Shown here: positions 7,093 through 15,541 of the stretch, one piece after another
Position numbering within the stretch: position 1 is the stretch's first letter
Layout of the letters: each line of letters opens with the position of its first letter
Source of the DNA: a virus
Taxonomy: Duplodnaviria; Caudoviricetes
DNA length: 51,294 bases
IMG/VR virus record: IMGVR_UViG_3300035670_000302
Coordinates: 1 to 51,294 of that record
Direction: 5' to 3' (one strand)
Translations under genes and position numbers: made by a program
The notes under the pieces: model-generated
Seen by the model: the letters and a program-made list of their open reading frames with translations, nothing else
Database searches by the model: none
Told to the model about the DNA's origin: nothing

Positions 7093-7126
7093 ACAAACTT
7101 ATTTCCAAACCAATGAGGTAACGACC

Positions 7127-8107
7127 ATGAGAGCTTCAACACTCGCCAAAACTATCCAAGCCATGTACCCCACTCGCAGAACTATCTGCATCGAAGGCGC
7201 TCCGGGGGGTGGCAAGACCAGTATCATTCGCCAAGCGGCAGAGACCCTCGGTGTTCCATACATCGAGGTGGCTGTTGCCACCAAGTTGATCGAGGATTTT
7301 GGGGCACCAGTACCCCAAGATGGCCGTCTGGCCTACACAGTACCTGACTGGTTCCCCGTCAAGGGCGAACACCCTGACGAGGGTATACTCTGTTTCGACG
7401 ACAGCAACCAAGCGGATACGGACATACAGAAAGTACTGGCGAACATCTGCCAGTCCCGTACTCTCCACGGCCACCAGATGGCTAACGTGATGGTGGTTCG
7501 TACCGGTAACCGCAAGGCTGACCGGACGGGGTCTAACAGGGTTCTGCCCCACCTCCGCAATCGTGAAAACTTCTTTACGCTTGAGACTCACCATGAGGAC
7601 TGTATCTCATGGGCAGTACAGAACGACGTTCATGAAGCGGTGATTGCCTTCTGGAACTTCCAGCCCAACACCATACACCAGTATGACGCTGATGCTGAGG
7701 CGTTCCCAAGCCCACGGTCATGGGTCGAGGGTGTCAGTAACCTTATCGGTTATGTACCCCCAGAAGCCGAGCTTGAGGTATTCACTGGTGCCATCGGTGC
7801 CGGTGCGGCGGCTACCTTCGTCGGGTTCATGAAGATTTACCGTGGTCTACCCAACCCTGACGCAATCATCATGCATCCCAAAACGGCAGAGGTGCCGACA
7901 GACATGGCGACACAGTACGCTCTGTCCGGTGCCTTGAGTCACCGCGCGACGACACAGAACTTCGGACGTATCATGGAGTACCTTGACCGTCTGTCTCCGG
8001 AGATCAACGTGGCTACCGTCAGCACTGCGATCAAGCGTGACAAGGCCCTACAGAATACCCAAGCCTTCGTCCAGTGGGCACTCAAGTTCAACAACTACAT
8101 CTACTGA
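7127..8107 (+). CDS. MoxR-like AAA+ ATPase
   Basis: Walker A GAPGGGKT, Walker B ILCFDD, sensor TGNR, PSPRSW motif; upstream of a vWA gene. Confidence 0.85.
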   Translation: MRASTLAKTIQAMYPTRRTICIEGAPGGGKTSIIRQAAETLGVPYIEVAVATKLIEDFGAPVPQDGRLAYTVPDWFPVKGEHPDEGILCFDDSNQADTDIQKVLANICQSRTLHGHQMANVMVVRTGNRKADRTGSNRVLPHLRNRENFFTLETHHEDCISWAVQNDVHEAVIAFWNFQPNTIHQYDADAEAFPSPRSWVEGVSNLIGYVPPEAELEVFTGAIGAGAAATFVGFMKIYRGLPNPDAIIMHPKTAEVPTDMATQYALSGALSHRATTQNFGRIMEYLDRLSPEINVATVSTAIKRDKALQNTQAFVQWALKFNNYIY

Positions 8108-8132
8108 TCAACCAACAAACGAGGTAACGACC

Positions 8133-8984
8133 ATGAGCATTCAACTTAACGACCGTGCCCTGCTGGTGCAACTCAGCATCAGTCAATGGACAGCCCAAAA
8201 GCGTGACAAGCGGGCAAGCCGTGAGGTTACGGACAATAACCGTGTCGTCGAGGGTATGGCACGGGTAAACAAGTCTCTGGTTCTGTCCACAGAACTGGAG
8301 GCGATCCACTCGATGTCCGGTGCCATCCGGAACAAGTACTACCAGAACACCCTGCCGTGGGGTCTGGATGGCACACAGATTCTCGCCAGCCAGAACTATC
8401 TGGCCTACATGACGGAGTTCCGTACTGACAAATCCCACTGGGATAAGTTGGTGGAAGACTTCGTGAAGGTCTACCCTTCACTGGCAAACAGGGCACGGAC
8501 TCAGCTTGGCGCACTCTACAACGCCAATGATTACCCTGACGTGGATGCCGTCAAGGCCAAGTTCTCAATCGACCTCGCAGTCTTTCCCGTACCCAAGGGA
8601 GACTTCAGGGTGTCCATCGCTGATGAAGAACTGACTCGCATCCAGCAGGATGTCGAGGCCCGAGTGCAGAAAGCACAGGGTAATGCCATGAGGGAGGCAT
8701 GGCAGAGACTGTACGACCGAGTCCAAAAGATTCAGGAGAAACTCGCCGATCCCAAGGCGATCTTCCGAGACTCACTGATCGAGAACGCACAGGAGATTTG
8801 CACACTTCTGCCACGTCTCAACCTGACCGACGATCCTGAACTGGAGGCTATGCGACAGGAGGTGGAGAAGTCCCTGCTGGTGCATCCTGATGCACTCCGA
8901 ACCAACGTAACAACACGAGAATCAACCGCCGAAAAGGCGAAAGCAATCATGGACAAAATGTCCGTATTCATGGGAGCAAGGTAA
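8133..8984 (+). CDS. Helical/coiled-coil phage protein in the MoxR-vWA cluster (possibly DUF3150-like)
   Basis: Start reassigned to ATG 8133 by the motif SD; the family guess is from memory only. Confidence 0.75.
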   Translation: MSIQLNDRALLVQLSISQWTAQKRDKRASREVTDNNRVVEGMARVNKSLVLSTELEAIHSMSGAIRNKYYQNTLPWGLDGTQILASQNYLAYMTEFRTDKSHWDKLVEDFVKVYPSLANRARTQLGALYNANDYPDVDAVKAKFSIDLAVFPVPKGDFRVSIADEELTRIQQDVEARVQKAQGNAMREAWQRLYDRVQKIQEKLADPKAIFRDSLIENAQEICTLLPRLNLTDDPELEAMRQEVEKSLLVHPDALRTNVTTRESTAEKAKAIMDKMSVFMGAR

Positions 8985-10153
8985 TGACCAGTGTAATGCC
9001 AACCAAAACCAAGAAACGCAAACAGAAGGCCGTCGACATGACCCAACTCAAGTTCCGACTGGACAAGGCCAAGATCAAGTTGATCCTTGATCACCCGTTC
9101 TTCGGTGTGATCGCCATGAAACTCCCCGTTGTGTGGACAGAGAAAGTCCCCACGGCGGCAGTCGATGGGCGGCAGATGTTCTTCAACCCCCACTTCGTTG
9201 ACGGTCTTACCGACGACGAGCTTGTGTTCTTGGTAGCACATGAGTGTATGCACCTCATGATGGAACACTGTCTCCGTCGAGGTGCCCGTGATCCACGGCG
9301 ATGGAATATCGCGGCAGACTATGTGGGTAATCACCACCTGATCGCCGACCGCATCGGCCAGATGCCAGAGGGCGGGCTTCACAGCCCCGACCTCACTGAC
9401 AACGGTAAACGTACTACCGAGCAGGTCTACGACCTGTTGCCAGATGACGGTGGTCAGGGTGAAGGTGGCGACCAAGGCGGTGGTCAGGGTGGTGATCCCC
9501 TCGACGAGATCATTGACAGCACTGATCCCACACTGGCTGACGAGACCAAGGTACTGGTAGCCCAAGCGGCACAGGCCGCACAGGCCGCTGGTAACTTGTC
9601 GGCGGGTCTCAAGCGTCTGGTCGACTCACTGATCAACCCCAAGGTCAGATGGTTTGAGGTACTCCGTGACTTCATGGTGCGGAGTCGGACGACCAAGCGT
9701 ACCTACGCCAGACCTAATCGTCGGGCGATGTTCAACAACAGCCCCGTATTGATCCCGTCGATCACGGGGTCTGTGATGGGCGAGGTGGTGGTGTTTGTCG
9801 ACTGCTCCGGTAGTATCGACGATGCCCTGCTCAAAGTCTTCGGTGCTGAACTGCGTGGTATTCAGGCAGACACCAGCCCCGAGAAACTCCACGTTATCTA
9901 CTTCGACTCGCAGGTACTTCACCACGACGAGTTTGAGGATGACGAGGTGACGGTCAATCCCCACGGCGGTGGTGGCACAGCGTTCTCTCCGCTGTTTGCC
10001 TACATCAACGACAAGGGTATTGATCCAGTATGTGCAGTGGTGCTGACTGACCTCTGCTGTAGTGACTTCGGGCCGGCACCAGCCTATCCCGTACTGTGGG
10101 TATCCACAGAGAAAACGACCGCCCCATGGGGTCAGGTCATCAAGATCAACTAA
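8984..10153 (+). CDS. Putative metallopeptidase with vWA domain (DUF2201-like)
   Basis: TAAVDG..FFNP, HECMH zincin motif, WNIAAD, Gly-rich linker, MIDAS DCSGS, GGGGT, LTD. Confidence 0.88.
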   Translation: MTSVMPTKTKKRKQKAVDMTQLKFRLDKAKIKLILDHPFFGVIAMKLPVVWTEKVPTAAVDGRQMFFNPHFVDGLTDDELVFLVAHECMHLMMEHCLRRGARDPRRWNIAADYVGNHHLIADRIGQMPEGGLHSPDLTDNGKRTTEQVYDLLPDDGGQGEGGDQGGGQGGDPLDEIIDSTDPTLADETKVLVAQAAQAAQAAGNLSAGLKRLVDSLINPKVRWFEVLRDFMVRSRTTKRTYARPNRRAMFNNSPVLIPSITGSVMGEVVVFVDCSGSIDDALLKVFGAELRGIQADTSPEKLHVIYFDSQVLHHDEFEDDEVTVNPHGGGGTAFSPLFAYINDKGIDPVCAVVLTDLCCSDFGPAPAYPVLWVSTEKTTAPWGQVIKIN

Positions 10154-10192
10154 TCAACCAACCAACGACTGATAAATCAAGAGGTAATGACC

Positions 10193-10873
10193 ATGGCTAC
10201 TGTAAATATGTCCGACACATTGCGCCAGAAAGTTCGTGTGAGAATCCAAGATATATTCTCTGACCGTGAGATTATGTTGACACAGCAAATCCACGACCAG
10301 ATCACACCGCAACAAGTTTATGAGACGCTGTTCCGCGACGAGTTGCACCTGCTGTCCAGCTTGTCCGATGCGTATGTCACCAAAGCAGGTGAGATCGCAC
10401 TGGAAATGACCTTCCCTGACGTGTCTGGAGAGGTCAATAAAACCCTCCGGTTCAAGCCACCCCGTGGGATTTTCAGACTCCCACCACGGGTGAAGGAGGT
10501 CAAGCCCGCAGTCTACGGACTGGTCAAGCACCACCACTACTCGGACAATATCTTTCTCATCGACACCACCGATCCACGGTGGGAGTACTTCATGGCTATC
10601 GCCATGCCGGTCTTCGCTGAGATCGGCAACCTCCGGCGGGAGCATAGGGACACCCGTCAACAGGTGAATAACCTGATGGAGAAATGCAAGACCCTCCAGC
10701 AAGCACTGACTGCATACCCCATGCTGATCGAGTTGGTGCCGGAGGATGTCAAACAGAAACACTTTGAGAAGGTCGAGAAGAAACCCCGTGTCAAGGCTGA
10801 GGTCGAGACACTCAAGCTCGACATCCTGACCAGTGCGGTCGTAGCCAACAAGATCGGAGGCGGCAATGCATAA
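10193..10873 (+). CDS. Hypothetical protein (possibly Nmad5-like)
   Basis: Variant motif SD; C-terminal TLQQALTAYPMLIELVP resembles Nmad5-type proteins (tentative). Confidence 0.7.
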   Translation: MATVNMSDTLRQKVRVRIQDIFSDREIMLTQQIHDQITPQQVYETLFRDELHLLSSLSDAYVTKAGEIALEMTFPDVSGEVNKTLRFKPPRGIFRLPPRVKEVKPAVYGLVKHHHYSDNIFLIDTTDPRWEYFMAIAMPVFAEIGNLRREHRDTRQQVNNLMEKCKTLQQALTAYPMLIELVPEDVKQKHFEKVEKKPRVKAEVETLKLDILTSAVVANKIGGGNA

Positions 10874-11594
10874 CCCTGTCCCACTCAGGCAAAAGTTGCG
10901 AGGTGGTGGTGACGATCCCGTCACTGCCCTCAGACGGAAGTTCAACCCCATAGGCTCAAAGGATTGGGCTGACACAGCGGGTGGTGATGTCGTCATCAAC
11001 TTCGATGGCATACCCCTACTCCGGTGTACTGACACACCGGAGGGGTACACTATCACCATGCTATGCCAGCCGGCACAGTATCTGTACGGTGCCCACTGGG
11101 CGGTCAACAAAACAATCAAGAGTATCTTTGCACTGCCGATCAACGTGCATCGTGTCCATACGATGGCGTCTGTCGGTGATCTAGGCGATGAGAATGATAA
11201 AAGTCTGCTGTACCAAGGGCTGACCGTGGACTTCACCTGCCAGACTCCGGTGCGGTGCAGTTACAAGATACGGCGCAGGGTCGACATCTGGGATGAGTCA
11301 ATCGTCCCGTATGACCATGTGCTGGATCACGTCAGAACGTGTGATCGGTTGGGTTACTTCGCCGACGCTCAGGTTCCAACCAAGTTCCGTATGCATGAGG
11401 AGATGGGGGGTGACGTGGCGTACTCCCTGATACGTTCTGCTGTGGTCGACAGGGACTACAGTACGCAGTTCATGGACTTGTTGGGTCAAGCCAAGAGCAG
11501 AAACGCTCACAACTGCCCCGTCAAGGTAGCCGAGGACATGATCCACATGCACATGGGACAACTCAAGGCAGACAACTTATGCACCCACACATAA
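10866..11594 (+). CDS. Hypothetical protein
   Basis: 242 aa, GGAGG SD, overlaps the upstream stop. Confidence 0.75.
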   Translation: MHNPVPLRQKLRGGGDDPVTALRRKFNPIGSKDWADTAGGDVVINFDGIPLLRCTDTPEGYTITMLCQPAQYLYGAHWAVNKTIKSIFALPINVHRVHTMASVGDLGDENDKSLLYQGLTVDFTCQTPVRCSYKIRRRVDIWDESIVPYDHVLDHVRTCDRLGYFADAQVPTKFRMHEEMGGDVAYSLIRSAVVDRDYSTQFMDLLGQAKSRNAHNCPVKVAEDMIHMHMGQLKADNLCTHT

Positions 11595-11611
11595 GACTAG
11601 GTGATCAAACC

Positions 11612-11755
11612 TTGACAGAGCAGGACGTGCGTAAACTACACTACCTGTTCGACTTGATTGATTACATGATGCAGACAGACCCACACTTCCGGTCTATGGT
11701 GATAGCCCATAAGACCAAAAACAGATTGACGAATGAGGATGTTAACGATGAATAA
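11612..11755 (+). CDS. Small hypothetical protein (47 aa, TTG start, not in ORF track)
   Basis: AGGTGA SD; (M)TEQDVRKLHYLFDLIDYMMQTDPHFRSMVIAHKTKNRL...; fills the intergenic gap. Confidence 0.5.
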   Translation: MTEQDVRKLHYLFDLIDYMMQTDPHFRSMVIAHKTKNRLTNEDVNDE

Positions 11756-12113
11756 CAGTCACCGGCCACAACTTGGCCTCCGTAAAGCCCCGATTGTCCA
11801 CAGATCAGCCGTGGTCACATGCAAGTACTGCGGTAACACACAACTCCAGTGGCGTGAGACCGACGCCGGATTCAAACTCTTCAGTCTCGACGGCGACCGG
11901 CATATCTGTGAGGGTATGACCAAGCAGGCAGAGTATCGCCGTGAACGTGAGAGGGAGCGGGATACAACACCTGTAAACAAGTTGGTGAAGAAGATCGCAG
12001 AAGAAATGCAAACACAACTGGACACAAAGAACGAGGAATACTTATGGGATCGGGAAGAAGTGATGTCGATGCTGGAACGTGCTTCACTGAAAGCGTTACT
12101 CCAGATCGTGTGA
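11748..12113 (+). CDS. Hypothetical protein with Zn-ribbon-like N-terminus
   Basis: CKYC...HIC; GAGGA SD before ATG 11748. Confidence 0.7.
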   Translation: MNNSHRPQLGLRKAPIVHRSAVVTCKYCGNTQLQWRETDAGFKLFSLDGDRHICEGMTKQAEYRRERERERDTTPVNKLVKKIAEEMQTQLDTKNEEYLWDREEVMSMLERASLKALLQIV

Positions 12114-12262
12114 GTAAAGCGTGGAGAGTGGTCAACTCCTGTGAGAACGCCGGCCAAGCAGAGGTAGCGTTACGCTACCTCGCCCTCTTGGCAGAGGCGT
12201 ACCCAGAGGTGGATGTCACACCACTCCAGCGGGAACTTAAAACATTATTTGATTTGAGGTAA
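12110..12262 (+). CDS. Small hypothetical protein
   Basis: GTGA overlap start; SKAWRVVNSCEN..QAEVALRY. Confidence 0.6.
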   Translation: MSKAWRVVNSCENAGQAEVALRYLALLAEAYPEVDVTPLQRELKTLFDLR

Positions 12263-12267
12263 GTGTT

Positions 12268-12603
12268 ATGGACAAGGTGCCAAGTATGACACTGCGCGAT
12301 TACTTTGCGGCGAAGGCTATGCAGGGACTGGTTGTCGCAGGGAATTTACACAGACCGACTATTGCCAGAACTGCATACGACCAAGCAGACGAAATGCTGA
12401 AGGCGACGGGGGCAGGGATGGACAAAAAAGATTACGAAGCCCTGTTAAAAGCGGCAGAACTTGCGCTTGAATCACTTGATGAATGTTCGATTAGCCCCGA
12501 CGAAATTAGTTGGGGGCCAGCATACGAGTCTGCCAAAAGACGGCGGGCACAAGCTATTAACGCATTGAGAGATTCAATCGACAAGGCAAGGGGGCAGGAA
12601 TGA
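12268..12603 (+). CDS. Hypothetical phage protein with MTLRDYFAAKAMQG motif
   Basis: Widespread phage motif; GAGGT SD. Confidence 0.8.
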   Translation: MDKVPSMTLRDYFAAKAMQGLVVAGNLHRPTIARTAYDQADEMLKATGAGMDKKDYEALLKAAELALESLDECSISPDEISWGPAYESAKRRRAQAINALRDSIDKARGQE

Positions 12604-12767
12604 AACAAGAATGGTACATACGTTTGCTTTGGTGGACGTGCGAGAAGCTAGGACATTTTGGGAAAGGCGGTTGGGTTTACAACGGTCACTACCACCAAAA
12701 TTGCAGAGTATGCAAACGCATAATAAGCGAACCGCTGAAAGACGATGATGCAAGGAGGCAGGGATGA
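12600..12767 (+). CDS. Small Cys/His protein (55 aa, not in ORF track)
   Basis: ATGA overlaps on both sides; C..LGH...CRVC. Confidence 0.6.
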   Translation: MKQEWYIRLLWWTCEKLGHFGKGGWVYNGHYHQNCRVCKRIISEPLKDDDARRQG

Positions 12768-12940
12768 ACGAGGAAGATTTTGACAAGGCGCATGAGGTAC
12801 TTGTGGTGTACCAAGATGCAATCGTCGCACTGGGTGCGGTCATGCTCAAAGGTTTAACTGATGAACAGCGTGAGTACGTCATCGACAAATGCCATGACGA
12901 GTTTCGTTTCTGGCGGGTGTCGGATGAACTCAACAAATAA
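12764..12940 (+). CDS. Small acidic protein (58 aa, not in ORF track)
   Basis: AGGAGG SD; MNEEDFDKAHEVLVVYQDAIVALGAVML... Confidence 0.65.
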   Translation: MNEEDFDKAHEVLVVYQDAIVALGAVMLKGLTDEQREYVIDKCHDEFRFWRVSDELNK

Positions 12941-12984
12941 AATCAAACACTTAACTGATGGTACCCTCACGAATGAGGGTACCA
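12941..12984 (+). promoter_or_regulatory. IHF-like site and 11-bp hairpin upstream of the DNA polymerase
   Basis: AATCAAACACTTA (12941-53) fits WATCAANNNNTTR; TGGTACCCTCA-CGAA-TGAGGGTACCA (12959-84). Confidence 0.5.
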
Positions 12985-13000
12985 AACCAAGGAACAAGCA

Positions 13001-14857
13001 ATGGATATAGTTACGATTGACTTTGAAACGTACTACTCAAAAGAGTATTCACTCTCCAAGATGACGACAGAAGAGTACGTCAGGTCGAAAGACTTTCAGG
13101 TGATCGGTGTGGGCGTCAAGGTCAATGACCACCCCACTGACTGGTACACTGGGACAAACCCGTCGAGGTTCCTGAAGTCGCTGGACTACAGTGACAAGGC
13201 GATACTGTGTCACAACACAGTATTCGATGGGGCGATACTGGGTCTGCACTTCAACATCCACCCCAAGCTGTGGCTGGATACCCTGTCGATGGCACGACCA
13301 CTCCACGCCAACACCACGGGCTGTTCACTCAAGGCACTGACCGACCACTACGGGATCGGGGTCAAGGGTACTGAGGTGCTGGATGCCCTTGGCAAACGAC
13401 GTGAGGACTTCACTCCCGCCGAAATGGAGGCATATGGTAAATACTGCATCAACGATGTGGAAATGACCTACAAGTTGTTCCAGATTCTCAAGAAGCACTA
13501 CAAAGTAGGGGAACTGCGGGTCATCGACCTGCTTCTCCGGTGCTACACCGAGCCGACGATTGAACTGGACGTACCCCTGCTGGAACAACACCTCCAGAAC
13601 ACACGGGATGCCAAGTCGTCATTGCTCAAGGCGCTGGCCAAGGACGGTGACGAGGACAAGCTCAAAGATATTCTCATGAGCAACGACAAGTTCGCCGCTC
13701 TGCTCCAAGCCCTCAAGGTAACACCTCCAACCAAGATCAGTCAGCGTACCGGCAAGGAGGCATGGGCCTTCAGCAAGACCGACCTTGAGTTCACCGCCCT
13801 GCTGGAGCATCCCAACCCCAAGGTACAGGCGGCAGTCGCCGCTCGACTGGGTACCAAGTCCACCATCGAAGAGACCCGCACAGAGAACCTGCTGGCGGTA
13901 GCAAAGCGGGGGAGACTGCCCATCCTGTTGAACTACTGGGGTGCCCACACCGGACGGCTGTCCGGCGGGGACGGGATGAATCTCCAGAACTTACCCTCCC
14001 GTGGTAATACCACGATCCGGAGGGCGCTCCGTGCCCCTGTGGGTTACGAACTGATCGCTTGCGACTCCAGCCAGATCGAAGCCCGTATCGTGGCGTGGCT
14101 GGCAGGACAGGACGATCTGGTGCAGGCGTTCCGTGAGGGGAGGGACATCTACTCCGAGTTTGCCACTGACGTGTATGGTCGTTTAATAACCAAAGCTGAT
14201 AAGACGGAGCGATTTGTAGGCAAAACCTGCATACTCGGACTAGGCTACGGGATGGGTGCCGCGAAGCTACAACGTACTCTGGAACTGGGTATGGGTGGGA
14301 TCAGCGTCAAGCTGGAACTGGGCGAGGCCGAGCGTATCGTCAGGCTCTACCGCCAGAAGTATCACAAGATACCGATGCTGTGGCGACAGTGTGATAACTT
14401 GTTAGCAGGTATCGTTACAGCCAGCGATGGCATGGTTGGCGATGTAGTTCCGTACAACGCCAAGGGTGTCCGGCTTCCCAACGGGATGTACTTGCAGTAC
14501 CCACACCTGCGACCGTCGACCAACGGCTATGAGTACATTGCCGAGCGCAAGGAACTGGCGAAGTTCAAGCGTGGAGAACCCGCCGAGTTCGACAAGATAT
14601 ACGGCGGCAAGGTAACGGAGAACATAGTACAGGCACTGGCGGCACAGGTCATCAGGGAGCAGATGGTCGAGGCAGTCAACGCCAAGATGAAGATCGTACT
14701 GCAAGTACACGACGAGATCGTGGTGTCAGTACCCAAGGAATCCGGCGAGGCGATGGAGGCCAAGCTGGTTGAGATCATGTCGACCCCGCCCAAGTGGGCG
14801 GCGGGTCTTCCCGTGGCGTGTGAGGCAGGGAGGGCCGACAACTACGGGGATACCTGA
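13001..14857 (+). CDS. polA: DNA polymerase, family A, with 3'-5' exonuclease
   Basis: Exo DFETY, HNTVFD, YCINDV; TGRLS, NLQNLP, motif A DSSQIEAR, motif B RFVGKTCILGLGYG, motif C VHDEIV. Confidence 0.96.
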   Translation: MDIVTIDFETYYSKEYSLSKMTTEEYVRSKDFQVIGVGVKVNDHPTDWYTGTNPSRFLKSLDYSDKAILCHNTVFDGAILGLHFNIHPKLWLDTLSMARPLHANTTGCSLKALTDHYGIGVKGTEVLDALGKRREDFTPAEMEAYGKYCINDVEMTYKLFQILKKHYKVGELRVIDLLLRCYTEPTIELDVPLLEQHLQNTRDAKSSLLKALAKDGDEDKLKDILMSNDKFAALLQALKVTPPTKISQRTGKEAWAFSKTDLEFTALLEHPNPKVQAAVAARLGTKSTIEETRTENLLAVAKRGRLPILLNYWGAHTGRLSGGDGMNLQNLPSRGNTTIRRALRAPVGYELIACDSSQIEARIVAWLAGQDDLVQAFREGRDIYSEFATDVYGRLITKADKTERFVGKTCILGLGYGMGAAKLQRTLELGMGGISVKLELGEAERIVRLYRQKYHKIPMLWRQCDNLLAGIVTASDGMVGDVVPYNAKGVRLPNGMYLQYPHLRPSTNGYEYIAERKELAKFKRGEPAEFDKIYGGKVTENIVQALAAQVIREQMVEAVNAKMKIVLQVHDEIVVSVPKESGEAMEAKLVEIMSTPPKWAAGLPVACEAGRADNYGDT

Positions 14858-14974
14858 GTGAAGAAGAAATGGGAGAAAGTCGTGGTTGATGTGGTCGTCG
14901 CCACGACTATCCTGTCAGTGCTGACATTGGCGCTTTGGCTACTGGTGTCGAGGCTAGGTAGTGGTCTACACTGA
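14858..14974 (+). CDS. Small membrane peptide (38 aa, GTG start)
   Basis: Basic N-terminus then hydrophobic VVVATTILSVLTLALWLLV; fills the gap. Confidence 0.45.
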   Translation: MKKKWEKVVVDVVVATTILSVLTLALWLLVSRLGSGLH

Positions 14975-14983
14975 GGGGGTAAC

Positions 14984-15199
14984 ATGAAACTTGCATACGA
15001 CATTTGCAGATGTAACGGCCAGTTGGTCGGGTACGCCTGTCCTCGCAGGGAAGGGTGCGCTCGCTATCTGGCTGAACCAGTGAGGGACAATCCGTATGTG
15101 AATGTCCCTCATGCGGACTATCTGTGCGACGACTATTTTGATTTCCAGATACCTGTGGAGCGTGATGAAGATGGAACAATTGGAATTAGATTTCGGTGA
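14984..15199 (+). CDS. Small Cys-rich protein
   Basis: DICRC...CPRREGCARY...C; GAGGGGG SD. Confidence 0.65.
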   Translation: MKLAYDICRCNGQLVGYACPRREGCARYLAEPVRDNPYVNVPHADYLCDDYFDFQIPVERDEDGTIGIRFR

Positions 15200-15455
15200 C
15201 GAGCATCGCCTTGCGGCGATAGCTCAGAACGGTAACACGGGGGAACACTATGACATGGTGAACCACCCACCACACTACACCTCCCACCCATCAGGGATTG
15301 AGTGCATAACGGTGACAGAACACATGACGTTCTGTATCGGCAACGCCATCAAATATCTGTGGCGTGTAGGGCTGAAGTCCGACAATGCGATCCAAGACTT
15401 GGAGAAAGCACGGTGGTATATCGACCGTGAGATCGCACGGAGAAAAAAGAAATGA
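15165..15455 (+). CDS. DUF3310 (SaV-like / T7 gp1.7-related) protein
   Basis: VNHPPHY...IECI...GNAIKYLWR.G.K...DLEKARWY; start position uncertain. Confidence 0.85.
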   Translation: MKMEQLELDFGDEHRLAAIAQNGNTGEHYDMVNHPPHYTSHPSGIECITVTEHMTFCIGNAIKYLWRVGLKSDNAIQDLEKARWYIDREIARRKKK

Positions 15456-15541
15456 TGGCCTTCCTGTTTTTCGTAGGGTTGGGTTTTGCTGTGACGTTCA
15501 TGGTTGTCGAACTGGCCGAGTGGTTCAGGAGAAACGAATGA
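15452..15541 (+). CDS. Small membrane peptide (29 aa)
   Basis: ATGA overlaps at both ends; MMAFLFFVGLGFAVTFMVVELAEWFRRNE. Confidence 0.55.
   Translation: MMAFLFFVGLGFAVTFMVVELAEWFRRNE

Larger units (their letters stand above)
5264..10192 (+). repeat. Dispersed 12-bp gene-junction motif GAGGTAACGACC (7 exact copies, 2 variants)
   Basis: Exact at 5264, 5509, 5751, 6565, 6798, 7115, 8121; variants GAGGTAATGACC at 10181 and AAGGTAATGACC at 8978; exact copies lie 0-2 nt before an ATG. Confidence 0.95.

Noticed and set aside
5264-8132. Integron attC cassette array
   Set aside because: The 12-bp motif lacks the RYYYAAC…GTTRRRY ends and long imperfect palindrome, and no tyrosine recombinase was seen
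8732-11236. Long minus-strand ORFs (8732-9565, 10154-11236)
   Set aside because: Antisense shadows of well-supported plus-strand genes, with no motifs or expression signals, unlike the HNH case
11612-11645. TTGACA promoter in the 11595-11745 gap
   Set aside because: Spacing to candidate -10 boxes is 14 or 19 nt; the TTG is better explained as the start of a small ORF with an SD
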